A stretch of 64,000 nt of DNA from an uncultured Sphingomonadaceae bacterium. GTDB lineage: Bacteria; Pseudomonadota; Alphaproteobacteria; Sphingomonadales; Sphingomonadaceae. Positions 1 through 9,042 of this stretch are shown one piece after another. Position numbers and translations under genes: made by a program. The stretch is from NCBI GenBank assembly GCA_947497455.1, contig CANMGU010000002.1, forward strand, positions 402,506-466,505, given 5' to 3'. The notes below the pieces were generated by a model. That model was not told the origin of the DNA and did not search any database. It was given only the letters and a program-made list of their open reading frames with translations. Position 1 is the stretch's first letter. Each line of letters opens with the position of its first letter.

Positions 1-1
1 C

Positions 2-391
2 GAAATCGAACCGATTAAAGGCAAAGCCGGCTGGTTGATGCGCAATGCGCTGAACGATCAACTGTCCACTTTTGAAGGCAGTGAGGCCAGATATCGGCTG
101 ATTGTTGAGCTCGACGACAAAATTGCCGGATTCGGCGTACGGAGTAATGACCGGATCACGCGTGAACGCCGCACTTTAAGAGCGCGTTATCAATTGGTGC
201 GTCTGTCTGATAGCAAAGTCGTACTGGACGCCACCGCAGGCTCCGATGCAGGTATTGATGTTGTGTCCTCAGAATATGCCACGATCGCTGCCGAAGAAAC
301 CGCACTGGAAAACCTGTCCACCCGGGTTGCCGATCAGATTGTCAAACGGCTCTCGCTCTTTGCTCGCGAACAGGAAAGCAGCAGCAACTGA
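2..391 (+). CDS. lptE: LPS-assembly lipoprotein LptE, C-terminal part; the 5' end is cut by the window edge
   Basis: The frame is open from nt 2. The sequence (..RYRLIVELDDKIAGFGVRSNDRITRERRTLRARYQL..DAGIDVVSSEYATIAAEE..) resembles alphaproteobacterial LptE. It sits directly upstream of holA, the conserved (leuS)-lptE-holA order. Confidence 0.7.
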   Translation, partial: EIEPIKGKAGWLMRNALNDQLSTFEGSEARYRLIVELDDKIAGFGVRSNDRITRERRTLRARYQLVRLSDSKVVLDATAGSDAGIDVVSSEYATIAAEETALENLSTRVADQIVKRLSLFAREQESSSN

Positions 392-429
392 TGACAGCGG
401 CATGAAGGCAAAGCTGTGAAAGCAAGATT

Positions 430-1458
430 GTGAAAGTCAAAGACAAGGATATTGTGCAACGCTTTTACGCGGACCCCGATACGATACGGTTGGCCGTTTT
501 ATGCGGCCCTAATGCCACCCGTTGCCAGGCACTTGCCAATGAACTCGCAGCACCGCTCGCAAAGTCGGCGGAGAGGGTAGATCTGACGATAGCCGACCTG
601 ACCGAAAGCCCTGCCCGTCTGAATGATGAAGCCACATCGGCATCCTTATTTGGAGACAAGCGTTTCATCATGGTGCGCCTCAATAGCGGCGAAGCCGTTC
701 GCGCGACGGCTGCAATTGAGACTTTTCTCGAAAGCGATACCAAGGGAGATCCGGTTTTCATCGTCGCCACAGGCATGGCGGACAAGACCGCCCTGGCCAA
801 AAAAATTGCCGCGGCGCCTGATGCCCTGATTGCCACCTGCTATGAAACCACGCAGGGCGACGCGGTGGCCGCCATCACCGGCATGGCCCGAGACGAGGGC
901 GTCAAAATATCCCGTGATATGGCCGCTGCCATTGCCGCCCTGACCAGCAATGATCTTGTTCTGGCCAAGTTGGAAGTGGAGAAAATAGCGCTTTATCTGG
1001 ATGCAACACCAGACAGCCCGCAGGAAGCCGAAGCGGAACTGTTGGCCCTGCTAGGTGCAGAAAATGACGAAGAAGATCTCGGCTTGCTGATCAATGCGGC
1101 GATTGGCGGTGATACAGGAAAACTGACGCAGGAATTGGCGGCTGTCAGTCCTACCGGCTTCAGCGAAGTCGGCCTGATCCGGCTGATGCTGCGCCATCTG
1201 ACCAAGCTCGCGGAATTGCGCACCAAGGTTGATCACGGATCCAATATCAGCAAATTGGTTAATCATCCCAGTGTGTTCTGGAAGGATCGCGACAATTATG
1301 CGCGGCAACTGAACATTTGGTCATCGGCACATATTGCGCGGCTGATTGAACGTATTTTAGCGCTCGAAATTGCGCTCAAGAGCAGCGGCCAGCCGGAACA
1401 GGTCCTGGTAGAGCAGGAATTGCTGACCATCGCCAGAAAAGCCGCGCGTTTGCGCTAA
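430..1458 (+). CDS. holA: DNA polymerase III delta subunit
   Basis: The 342-aa ORF has typical delta-subunit length and organisation and follows lptE, the conserved position. No competing ORF is present. Confidence 0.8.
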   Translation: MKVKDKDIVQRFYADPDTIRLAVLCGPNATRCQALANELAAPLAKSAERVDLTIADLTESPARLNDEATSASLFGDKRFIMVRLNSGEAVRATAAIETFLESDTKGDPVFIVATGMADKTALAKKIAAAPDALIATCYETTQGDAVAAITGMARDEGVKISRDMAAAIAALTSNDLVLAKLEVEKIALYLDATPDSPQEAEAELLALLGAENDEEDLGLLINAAIGGDTGKLTQELAAVSPTGFSEVGLIRLMLRHLTKLAELRTKVDHGSNISKLVNHPSVFWKDRDNYARQLNIWSSAHIARLIERILALEIALKSSGQPEQVLVEQELLTIARKAARLR

Positions 1459-1463
1459 TATTG

Positions 1464-2015
1464 CTATTCGTAATCCGCAGTGATGGCGATTCTGCCGCGA
1501 AATTGGCCGCTGGCATTGCCAGTGACCCGTAATCGGCCGCCAAAGGAAAAGGTCAACCGCCCATCGCGGTCGAGTCGCGCCTGAGCCGGTAAGTCGGTAT
1601 CCAGCTTGACGAGTTCTGCAGTAGACCCGTTAGGCGCACTAAGAACAATTCTTTCAGGCAACCCCACTCGAACCAGTCGGCCCGGTTCGCCCGTTAGACG
1701 GCCCTGTCCATGTAGCGATAGTCCTCCAAGGTCGGTTATAGCACCGCTAACCCTACGCTGTCCGGATTGCGGATCCAATTCCACTTCTCCGCCTGCGCGA
1801 TTAAGCAAGGCGAGTCGCGAGAAATCAAGATTTGCGATGATCTGGATGTTCAGCGGTGTTTCGGTCCCTGTGTTGCCAGCTGCTGCCGAATCCTTCGGTT
1901 CGGATGCGCATAAGCGACACTGGGCTGCTGCGCTGCCAGGCTGAACAACCATCCAACCCAGGAAAAGCACCAGAATCCAGAAAACCGGTTTCAATTTTTC
2001 ATTTACCGTCACCAC
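1464..2015 (-). CDS. Secreted DUF4402-like protein, an orphan paralog of the fibre subunit at 26397
   Basis: It has an N-terminal hydrophobic signal (VFWILVLFLGWMVVQPGSAAA). The body follows a similar pattern to the 26397 ORF (LDFSRL.., GRLRVTGNASGQFRGRIAITADYE compared with GAYVGTFTVTVDYP). Confidence 0.6.
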   Translation of the reverse strand: MVTVNEKLKPVFWILVLFLGWMVVQPGSAAAQCRLCASEPKDSAAAGNTGTETPLNIQIIANLDFSRLALLNRAGGEVELDPQSGQRRVSGAITDLGGLSLHGQGRLTGEPGRLVRVGLPERIVLSAPNGSTAELVKLDTDLPAQARLDRDGRLTFSFGGRLRVTGNASGQFRGRIAITADYE

Positions 2016-2207
2016 AAACGCATTTTAAGGTAAAGACCTGAAAAAATGGTTAATTTTCTATGATCGCACGCCGATGCGCAGCAGAGGTCAGCCTTTCTTA
2101 CACGCCCTTGGCTACGATATTATGCGCCTGGCGAATTGACCGTGAACATAGTTATCTTAGGCCAGGGGCAGCTTGACGCCAGTCGTTTTCCTCCCCATTT
2201 TAGGGAT

Positions 2208-2606
2208 ATGGAAAAAATCATACTGAGCGCTGAGGAATGGCGCGATAAACTCACTCCGGAACAATATCATGTCCTGCGTGAAGCCGGAACCGAACGGGCC
2301 TTCACCGGCAAACTCAATGCTGAAAAGCGCGATGGTGAATTCTTCTGCGCGGGATGTGGCAGCAAATTATTCGATGCGACAACCAAGTTTGACAGCGGTT
2401 GTGGCTGGCCGAGCTTTACCGAGCCCTCAGAATCTGATGCGGTTACCGAAATTGAAGATCTCAGCCACGGCATGCGCCGGATTGAAGTCCGCTGTACCAG
2501 CTGTGACGGGCATTTAGGCCATGTTTTTCCTGATGGTCCGGCAGAAAACGGACTGCGCTATTGCATGAACAGCGCAGCGCTCGATTTTGAGCCAAAAGAG
2601 ACCTAA
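2208..2606 (+). CDS. msrB: Peptide-methionine (R)-S-oxide reductase MsrB
   Basis: It carries two CxxC zinc motifs (CAGCGSKLF, CTSCDGHLGHVF) and the catalytic RYCMNS motif. I chose the ATG at 2208 (MEKIIL..) because the 2136 start adds a non-conserved extension. Confidence 0.9.
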   Translation: MEKIILSAEEWRDKLTPEQYHVLREAGTERAFTGKLNAEKRDGEFFCAGCGSKLFDATTKFDSGCGWPSFTEPSESDAVTEIEDLSHGMRRIEVRCTSCDGHLGHVFPDGPAENGLRYCMNSAALDFEPKET

Positions 2607-2717
2607 AACGCCGTTCGCAGACTTTTCACAGATTTTACTGTCCGTCATCGTTCAGCATGCAGTAAGACGGTAACACGCTAAGAACGCACATAGTGGGCGT
2701 ATAGTGAATGGGATAAT

Positions 2718-4820
2718 ATGGCGCGGGGCAAAAAACGCAAAACACAATCGGGACCAATTCGCAAATGGTTCTCGCGGATAGTAAAAACCGGGCTCGTTGT
2801 CGGCCTGCTCGGCTTCATCGCGTTGGTGGTTGCTGTCATGGTCATTCGATCCTCTCTGCCAGGATTTGAAGACCTGAAATCATCGCCCAACGGCCAGATG
2901 ATCCGCGTCCTGGATGTCAACGGACGGGAACTTTTCTCCATGGGCCCGAGCTACGGGCAATGGCTAGACTATGACGAGATACCGCAAGTCATGATCGACG
3001 CCATGGTTGCCGTGGAAGATCGGCGGTACGAAAGTCATCTGGGCGTGGATCCGATTGGTATTGCCCGATCCGTAAAGGTCCGTCTCGAACGCGGTCGCTG
3101 GGCGCAGGGCGGTTCAACAATCACGCAGCAGCTGGCCCGCAATATTTTCCTCAATAACAGCCGCACATTCGGGCGAAAAGGACGTGAGATCCTGTTGGCG
3201 CTCGCTATGGAACGGAAGTTTTCGAAGGATCAGATACTCGAACTCTATCTCAACAAGGTCTACTATGGCGGCGGGGCTTATGGAATTGACGCGGCCTCCC
3301 GGAGGTTCTTTGCCCATAGTGCCGCAGACCTGAATCTGGCTGAGGCAGCAATTATTGCAGGATTGGTCAAAGCTCCGTCGCGTTATTCGCCGACCGCTGA
3401 TGCACAAGCCGCGATCGACCGGGCAACCGTTGTGCTGCGCGTCATGCAGGATGCCGGCGCGATAACGGCTGCACAAGCCGCTGAGACCAAACCAACAGCC
3501 GTCGAACTGGCACCAGAGCCACGCCAGAACAGTGTGCGCTATTTTACCGATTGGGCTCTGCCGCAATTGGACCTGTTAATCGATGAAACGATTGAACCGA
3601 TTGAAGTCTGGACAACCCTGGACCTCGGTATGCAGCGTGCTGCGACCAACGCAATCCAAACCGGCGCACCTGCCGGAACACAAGGTGCTTTGGTGGCAAT
3701 CGACCGCGATGGTGCCGTTCGGGCCATGGTTGGTGGGACCGACTATGTGACGTCCAACTATAACCGCGCAACCCAGGCCGTGCGGCAGCCAGGATCTGCC
3801 TGGAAGCTGTTTGTCTATTTGGCCGCTCTGGAGGCCGGTTATACTCCCAATGATATTGTCACCGATGAACCTATTAAAATCGGCAACTGGACCCCGCGCA
3901 ATAGCGGTGGCCGCTATGCTGGTGACATCAGTGTGCGCTCAGCGTTCGCTTATTCAAAGAATACGGTCGCAGCGGCCATTGGCAATGATATTGGAACTTC
4001 AACCATCGCCAACATGGCCCGCCGGTTCGGGGTTACAACTCCCATTGATACCAACCCATCGATGGTGCTTGGTACGTCGGATGTTCGATTGCTGGATATG
4101 ACCCGAGCCTTTGCATCGGTAAATGCAAAAGGGATCGCGATCACGCCCTATGCGATCACCAAGGTCAGTACGATGAAAGGTGACGTGCTTTACCAGAGCA
4201 AATTTGATGGTAGCCGTGTGCTGGTCGATCCTTGGGTTGCAGCCGGTATCACCGATCTGATGCAGACTGCCGTCAATGCTGGTACTGGTCGCGCGGCGCA
4301 AATCGGACGCCCTGTCGCTGGTAAAACCGGAACAACAAGCAGCAACAAAGATGGTTGGTTTCTAGGGTTTTCCAGCGGCCTGACCACCGGTGTCTGGATG
4401 GGACGGGATGATGCCAAGCCAGTGCGTGGCCTGCAAGGCGGCCGGGCTCCAGCAGCAGCTTTTGCGGCGTTTATGAAAGTCGCGGTCGCTAAGCGGAAGG
4501 TCGAGAAATTCGATACCGAACTGATCTTGCCTGACTGGCAATTAGAGCCGGATGAAGAAGAGCTATATGGTGCACCCGAAGACGGCATATATGTCGACGA
4601 AAATGGTATGCCGATAGAGACTGGTCAGGGGCTCGAATATGATTTGGAAGGTGGGCAGGCCGAGGATGGTCCACCACAGCTGGATCAGGATTGGATCGAC
4701 TCCGTTCTGGGTCGCGACGAAGATGAAGCCGAACAGTCTGAACAGAGAGAAGATGACAACCCGCCCGCTGACCGGCCCAATGAACCGGTTTCGATCTTAC
4801 CTGAACCTGCAGAAGATTAG
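2718..4820 (+). CDS. Class A penicillin-binding protein (bifunctional glycosyltransferase/transpeptidase, PBP1A type) with an acidic C-terminal tail
   Basis: There is an N-terminal TM anchor. GT51 motifs are present (EDRRYESH, GGSTITQQLARN, RKGREI). The transpeptidase motifs are SAWK (SxxK), SKN and KTGT. Confidence 0.9.
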   Translation: MARGKKRKTQSGPIRKWFSRIVKTGLVVGLLGFIALVVAVMVIRSSLPGFEDLKSSPNGQMIRVLDVNGRELFSMGPSYGQWLDYDEIPQVMIDAMVAVEDRRYESHLGVDPIGIARSVKVRLERGRWAQGGSTITQQLARNIFLNNSRTFGRKGREILLALAMERKFSKDQILELYLNKVYYGGGAYGIDAASRRFFAHSAADLNLAEAAIIAGLVKAPSRYSPTADAQAAIDRATVVLRVMQDAGAITAAQAAETKPTAVELAPEPRQNSVRYFTDWALPQLDLLIDETIEPIEVWTTLDLGMQRAATNAIQTGAPAGTQGALVAIDRDGAVRAMVGGTDYVTSNYNRATQAVRQPGSAWKLFVYLAALEAGYTPNDIVTDEPIKIGNWTPRNSGGRYAGDISVRSAFAYSKNTVAAAIGNDIGTSTIANMARRFGVTTPIDTNPSMVLGTSDVRLLDMTRAFASVNAKGIAITPYAITKVSTMKGDVLYQSKFDGSRVLVDPWVAAGITDLMQTAVNAGTGRAAQIGRPVAGKTGTTSSNKDGWFLGFSSGLTTGVWMGRDDAKPVRGLQGGRAPAAAFAAFMKVAVAKRKVEKFDTELILPDWQLEPDEEELYGAPEDGIYVDENGMPIETGQGLEYDLEGGQAEDGPPQLDQDWIDSVLGRDEDEAEQSEQREDDNPPADRPNEPVSILPEPAED

Positions 4821-4834
4821 CGACAGTCCGCTTG

Positions 4835-5596
4835 TTATCGAACTGGCGCTCCGATCAAGTGTAAGGCCGATCCATGCTGCTTGAGCCAGCGGTCCGCTTC
4901 TCGGCGTTCACCGTCAAAAATCTCATCGAGTAATGCGTAAAATGCCGGACTGTGATCCATATGTCGCAAATGGGCAACTTCATGGGCTACAACCGACCTG
5001 CGCACTGTCGGCGGTGCCATGACCAACCGCCAACTCAACCGAATTGCTTTGCGTCCAGAACAGCTTCCCCAGCGTCGCCGGGCGTCACCCACCGATAGAG
5101 TCGGCAATTCGGTTTCAGCCCGCTCGCAATAAAAGGCCAGATCATCGGCATAAATATCGCGAGCCTGATCTTTCATCCAACTGATAACTCTTGCTTCAAT
5201 CCGGTTCTCAGGACCACCAACGCGGATTTCGCCACCTATTCTCTTTGGCTTGCGATTAAATGCCGTTGACCATCTTATGACGTGGCTCTCACCAGCAAAG
5301 GCAATTTCAGTGCCATCGACAATCGGTACCGGTGGGAGGGCATCTGCAAAACGAGCGGCCAACCAGTCTGCTTTGGATTGCGCAAACCGCAAAGCCTGCG
5401 CGGTACTTGCATAGCGCGGCATCGTCAGGCGGACCTCGCCTTTGACTGTATCGGCAGAAACCGCAATCGAGCGCGCCTGCGTCAACTTGCGAACGCGCAA
5501 AGGATAAAACCGCCCCTCCAGCTCAATCTCCAATGCGTCCTGTTCAACAGGGGCCGGACGGGATTTAGAGCGGTTTATCGAGAATATGCTGTTCAA
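4835..5596 (-). CDS. YgjP/DUF45-type (M48-like) metal-dependent hydrolase
   Basis: It has the HExxH motif HEVAHLRHMDHS near the C-terminus, preceded by WGSCS, which is typical of the DUF45/YgjP family. The start is uncertain because it overlaps the next gene by 32 nt. Confidence 0.75.
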   Translation of the reverse strand: MNSIFSINRSKSRPAPVEQDALEIELEGRFYPLRVRKLTQARSIAVSADTVKGEVRLTMPRYASTAQALRFAQSKADWLAARFADALPPVPIVDGTEIAFAGESHVIRWSTAFNRKPKRIGGEIRVGGPENRIEARVISWMKDQARDIYADDLAFYCERAETELPTLSVGDARRRWGSCSGRKAIRLSWRLVMAPPTVRRSVVAHEVAHLRHMDHSPAFYALLDEIFDGERREADRWLKQHGSALHLIGAPVR

Positions 5597-6011
5597 TCGG
5601 CCCAGCTTCCACCTCCGTAATAACCTTGCCGCGAATTGAATTTCCGGTTTCGTGAATTGTCTCGCGATCTCCCGAAACCAGATAATGCCATTCCGGTAGA
5701 GATTGGCCCCTTGCTCGCATCTTGTACGCGCAACTATCCGGGAGCCAGGTAAATTGATCGAGCTTGCTGCGCGTCAGCCTAACACAATCGGGAACAAAAT
5801 AACGCCGCCGACGATAATCGCTGCAACGTGCGCTTTGGGTATCAAGCAGCTTGCACGCAATATTGGTCATATAGATTTGACCGTCATCTTCATCTTCAGC
5901 CTTCAGCAAGCAGCATTTGCCGCAACCGTCACACAAGGCCTCCCATTGCGCACGATCCAAACTATCGAGCGGCTTATCCCAAAATGGAATATCCTTATCT
6001 ATCGCATCCAC
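5565..6011 (-). CDS. YcgN-family cysteine-cluster protein (UPF0260)
   Basis: The 148-aa ORF has the Cys cluster CDGCGKCCLLK and further conserved Cys residues (ARCSDY, PDCVRL), typical of YcgN. Confidence 0.8.
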   Translation of the reverse strand: MDAIDKDIPFWDKPLDSLDRAQWEALCDGCGKCCLLKAEDEDDGQIYMTNIACKLLDTQSARCSDYRRRRYFVPDCVRLTRSKLDQFTWLPDSCAYKMRARGQSLPEWHYLVSGDRETIHETGNSIRGKVITEVEAGPIEQHILDKPL

Positions 6012-6616
6012 CGCTGAATCTCATCTGCGATTTGCTGCGGCGTGCCATCATAAGGCAGCAAGGCCACCGGCTCGCCATCCGGACCGAAAAAATAACCTTG
6101 GCGGCTATGGTCAATGAGATACTCGGTTGATCCCGGCACATCCCGCTTGTCGTAGATGATGAGATATTTTTTTGCGACATCAGCAATTTCTTCTGCAGTT
6201 CCGGTAAGGCCTATCAGACGGGGATGAAAAGCGGCCACATATTGTTTGAGCTGCTCGGGTCCATCCCGTTCGGGATCAATTGAAATGAAAATAGGTTGGA
6301 TCTTTTCGGCCAGACTCGGATCGTTTTTCTCCGCGAGGGCCAACCCCTGCATCAATGCCAGCAGATCCACAGGACAGACATCAGGGCAATAAGTGAAGCC
6401 AAAGTAAATGATTCGATACTGGCCGGCAAAGTCACTGTCCGACACTTTCTCCCCATCCTGATTGGTCAGCGTAAAGCTGCCACCAATATCAGCACCCGTA
6501 AGCGGCGCTTCGGTTTCAACATTGGTTTGAGAAGCCGGGTTGCAGGCGGCAAGAAGCGACATTAGAAGCGTAGCGGAAAAAACAGATAGAAATTTGTTCA
6601 TCATGCGGCCAGACAT
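5999..6616 (-). CDS. SCO1/SenC-family copper chaperone, probable lipoprotein
   Basis: It has a lipobox-like signal (LLMSLLAAC), a thioredoxin-fold CxxxC motif (YCPDVCP) and a downstream conserved His (IDHS). Confidence 0.85.
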   Translation of the reverse strand: MSGRMMNKFLSVFSATLLMSLLAACNPASQTNVETEAPLTGADIGGSFTLTNQDGEKVSDSDFAGQYRIIYFGFTYCPDVCPVDLLALMQGLALAEKNDPSLAEKIQPIFISIDPERDGPEQLKQYVAAFHPRLIGLTGTAEEIADVAKKYLIIYDKRDVPGSTEYLIDHSRQGYFFGPDGEPVALLPYDGTPQQIADEIQRWMR

Positions 6617-6687
6617 GGTCTGCTAATGATGAATATTCAACCGGTAATTGATGGATTCTATAGCGATATGCCGATAGAGGCCATAAA

Positions 6688-7365
6688 ATGTATATAGGGT
6701 ACAATATTATGGTTCGGGGCAGGCTTCCATTTACACGGATCAATAGAAAGAGCAGCAGCATCCGCTTTTTTACAGCCATTCTCATGGTATTTGCGCTTAG
6801 TATGCCAGGCATAGCCAGCGCCCAGTTTTCCAGTAGCTACAATTTCCTGAAAGCAGTTAAAGACCGTGATGGAACAGAGGCGACCAAGTTCCTCAATCAA
6901 CCCGGCACGGTGATCGTCAATACCAGGGATGTGACCAGTGGCGAGACCGCTTTGCATATTGTTGTCGCCCGGCGCGATGCGACCTGGACAAATTTTTTGT
7001 TACAAAAGGGTGCAAATCCCAATCTGCGCGACAAGCAAGGCACAACTCCGCTGATGCTTGCAACACAATTGCGTTTTGTCGAAGGTGCCAGGATATTGCT
7101 GGCTAAGAAAGCGAATGTAAACCAGACTAATAACCGCGGCGAAACCGCCTTGATCAGGGCAGTGCAGTTGCGCGATTCCGAAATGACCCGCTTGTTGCTG
7201 AAAAATGGTGCGGATCCGGACCGGACCGATACACTGGCAGGGCTTTCCGCTCGCGATTATGCGACTCGTGATCGTCGGGCCGCTTCTGTTCTGAATGAAA
7301 TTGAAAAGGCAGATAGCCAGAAAAAACCCGAATCCAGCGGCCGTTTTTTTGGTCCCGAGGGCTAA
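6688..7365 (+). CDS. Secreted ankyrin-repeat protein
   Basis: A signal-like segment (LMVFALSMPGIASA) is followed by repeated ANK consensus units (GETALHIVV.., G.TPLMLA.., GETALIRAV..LLLKNGADP). The exact start is uncertain. Confidence 0.8.
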   Translation: MYIGYNIMVRGRLPFTRINRKSSSIRFFTAILMVFALSMPGIASAQFSSSYNFLKAVKDRDGTEATKFLNQPGTVIVNTRDVTSGETALHIVVARRDATWTNFLLQKGANPNLRDKQGTTPLMLATQLRFVEGARILLAKKANVNQTNNRGETALIRAVQLRDSEMTRLLLKNGADPDRTDTLAGLSARDYATRDRRAASVLNEIEKADSQKKPESSGRFFGPEG

Positions 7366-7381
7366 GGCCGACCGGCACTAT

Positions 7382-7924
7382 TCAGTAATATTCCCGGGCC
7401 TCCGGATCGATCCAGCCATGAACCACCGATAGCCGTTGCATCGAGCGACGCGCCAGCCGCATTGTCTCGGTCTTTCGCCGTGCAGGCGCCAGCGCATGAG
7501 TGGCTGCAGAGCGGACCATTTCCGCGTCATAAGCATCCGCAATGATCAATCCGGCGCGTTCGGGCATGAAGTCCGGCCGGTCAAGCGGTGATGCATCAAA
7601 ATCATTCGGCAATGCCCAGTAGAAGCGGTCGCAATAATCGAGATATTCGGTCCACTTGTTATCACCTAGCAAATCACCGCGTGCGACCTTGATTTCGACA
7701 ATCACAATCTGTCCTTTGGCATCAACACCCATCAGATCTGCGCGCCGTTTATTGGGCAGGCTGACCTCGGAAAGGACCATGATATCGTGGCGCGAAAACA
7801 GGCGGGCAACGCCGCGCGCCACCGCTGCTGCTCCGGTCAGAGGGGATTGATGGTCCTCGATCGCATCCGGTTTAGGAGACAGCGGGACAGCGGATAAGGG
7901 CGAATCGCTATGTTCTATCATCAT
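7382..7924 (-). CDS. mmcB: MmcB-family DNA repair protein (PD-(D/E)xK-like nuclease fold)
   Basis: The core ..RRADLMGVDAKGQIVIVEIKVARGDLLGD.KWTEYLDYCDRFYWALP.. resembles the MmcB family. An SOS box lies 13 nt upstream. Confidence 0.65.
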   Translation of the reverse strand: MMIEHSDSPLSAVPLSPKPDAIEDHQSPLTGAAAVARGVARLFSRHDIMVLSEVSLPNKRRADLMGVDAKGQIVIVEIKVARGDLLGDNKWTEYLDYCDRFYWALPNDFDASPLDRPDFMPERAGLIIADAYDAEMVRSAATHALAPARRKTETMRLARRSMQRLSVVHGWIDPEAREYY

Positions 7925-7936
7925 TACGAATATCTA

Positions 7937-7951
7937 GAACATAAATAGAAC
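7937..7951 (-). promoter_or_regulatory. Alphaproteobacterial LexA (SOS) box, GTTC-N7-GTTC on the minus strand
   Basis: The plus strand reads GAACATAAATAGAAC, which is GTTCTATTTATGTTC on the strand of mmcB. It ends 13 nt upstream of the mmcB ATG. Confidence 0.6.
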
Positions 7952-8090
7952 AAAATAAAGATACTTATCTTTTCCGGCCAGATTTAGCAGTGCTCCGGTA
8001 TCTTAGTAACAGGTTGTTGGCGAAGGTGTTTTGAGGCCATGAACCAGGGCATTTCTAAAATTTATCCAAATCTCACAACTGGCGGCAGCC

Positions 8091-8121
8091 AAAAAAAAGG
8101 CCCCCTAGTGGGAGCCTTTTT
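8091..8121. terminator. Bidirectional rho-independent terminator downstream of the SleB-like gene
   Basis: The sequence is A8-GGCCCCC-TAGT-GGGAGCC-T5: a 7-bp GC stem with one mismatch, flanked by an A-run and a T-run. Confidence 0.6.
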
Positions 8122-8155
8122 CACATTATATTTTGTTGATCACATTGAATCGGAA

Positions 8156-8851
8156 TCAGCGATAGAAAATGTGATTGTCAATCGTCGCCATCCGCTTCAA
8201 CCGCCAGCCGGGTGATACGTAACGCGCATGGAAGAATAAGGCGCCTTCCACCGGGCTTTTCCAGCCGTCATTCACCGCGATTTTTGCAATCGCTACCGCG
8301 TTGCGCCAATGGCGATGGCCTTTATCGATACGCGGCATTTTTCCATTGCGAATAAAAGAAAATTGTTTGCGCTGATAGACAACACCGCAAAGGCTGTCGG
8401 GGAAGCGCGATGAGGCTGCGCGGGCCATGACAACACGCGCAACCGCCAATTGACCAGCAAGAGTTTCACCCTTGGATTCAAAATAGACGGTTCCGGCAAG
8501 ACATTGCATTTCCTTGCTCAATGAACCTTCGATCGACTGCTGGTCGACCAGCTGGCGCAGAGAACTGGCATTTACATTGTTATACTCGGCAGCGGCAGCT
8601 TGCTGTTCGTTAGCAAGCCGGTCTGCTTCGATAACTTCCTCGGGGATTGTCGAAACAACTTCTTGCTGTTCCCCAAAAATTACGGGAGCTGATTCATCAG
8701 CGGTTTCCAGCATGTCCGGATCAACGACGATCTCGGTTTCTGGAGTATCATCGGTCGCTTCCAATGCGAATGATACATCGGTCACCGCAAGTGCCGCGGC
8801 CGTAGAAAATGCAAGCGAAAGCACGCTCGCAGCTTTAAATATTTTGCTCAT
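8156..8851 (-). CDS. SleB-family cell wall hydrolase, secreted
   Basis: A signal peptide (SVLSLAFSTAAALA) and an acidic linker precede a C-terminal Hydrolase_2-like region (CLAGTVYFESKGE..GQLAVARVVMAR.., QFSF, ALFFHA). Confidence 0.8.
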   Translation of the reverse strand: MSKIFKAASVLSLAFSTAAALAVTDVSFALEATDDTPETEIVVDPDMLETADESAPVIFGEQQEVVSTIPEEVIEADRLANEQQAAAAEYNNVNASSLRQLVDQQSIEGSLSKEMQCLAGTVYFESKGETLAGQLAVARVVMARAASSRFPDSLCGVVYQRKQFSFIRNGKMPRIDKGHRHWRNAVAIAKIAVNDGWKSPVEGALFFHARYVSPGWRLKRMATIDNHIFYR

Positions 8852-9042
8852 ATACCTGTTATTTTATGCGGCGAGTCCAGTACGGATCAAATCCATGAAA
8901 ATAAGCCTAAAAACCAACCAACAGCTTATCCCTGTTCCCTCCGTCTGCATGTTTATTCCGCGCCCATATGGACAATCCCTCGGAACAACCTTTGCTTCAA
9001 AGTTGGTCGCGAAATAGTGTGCAGTGCAACAAAGTCAAGAAA

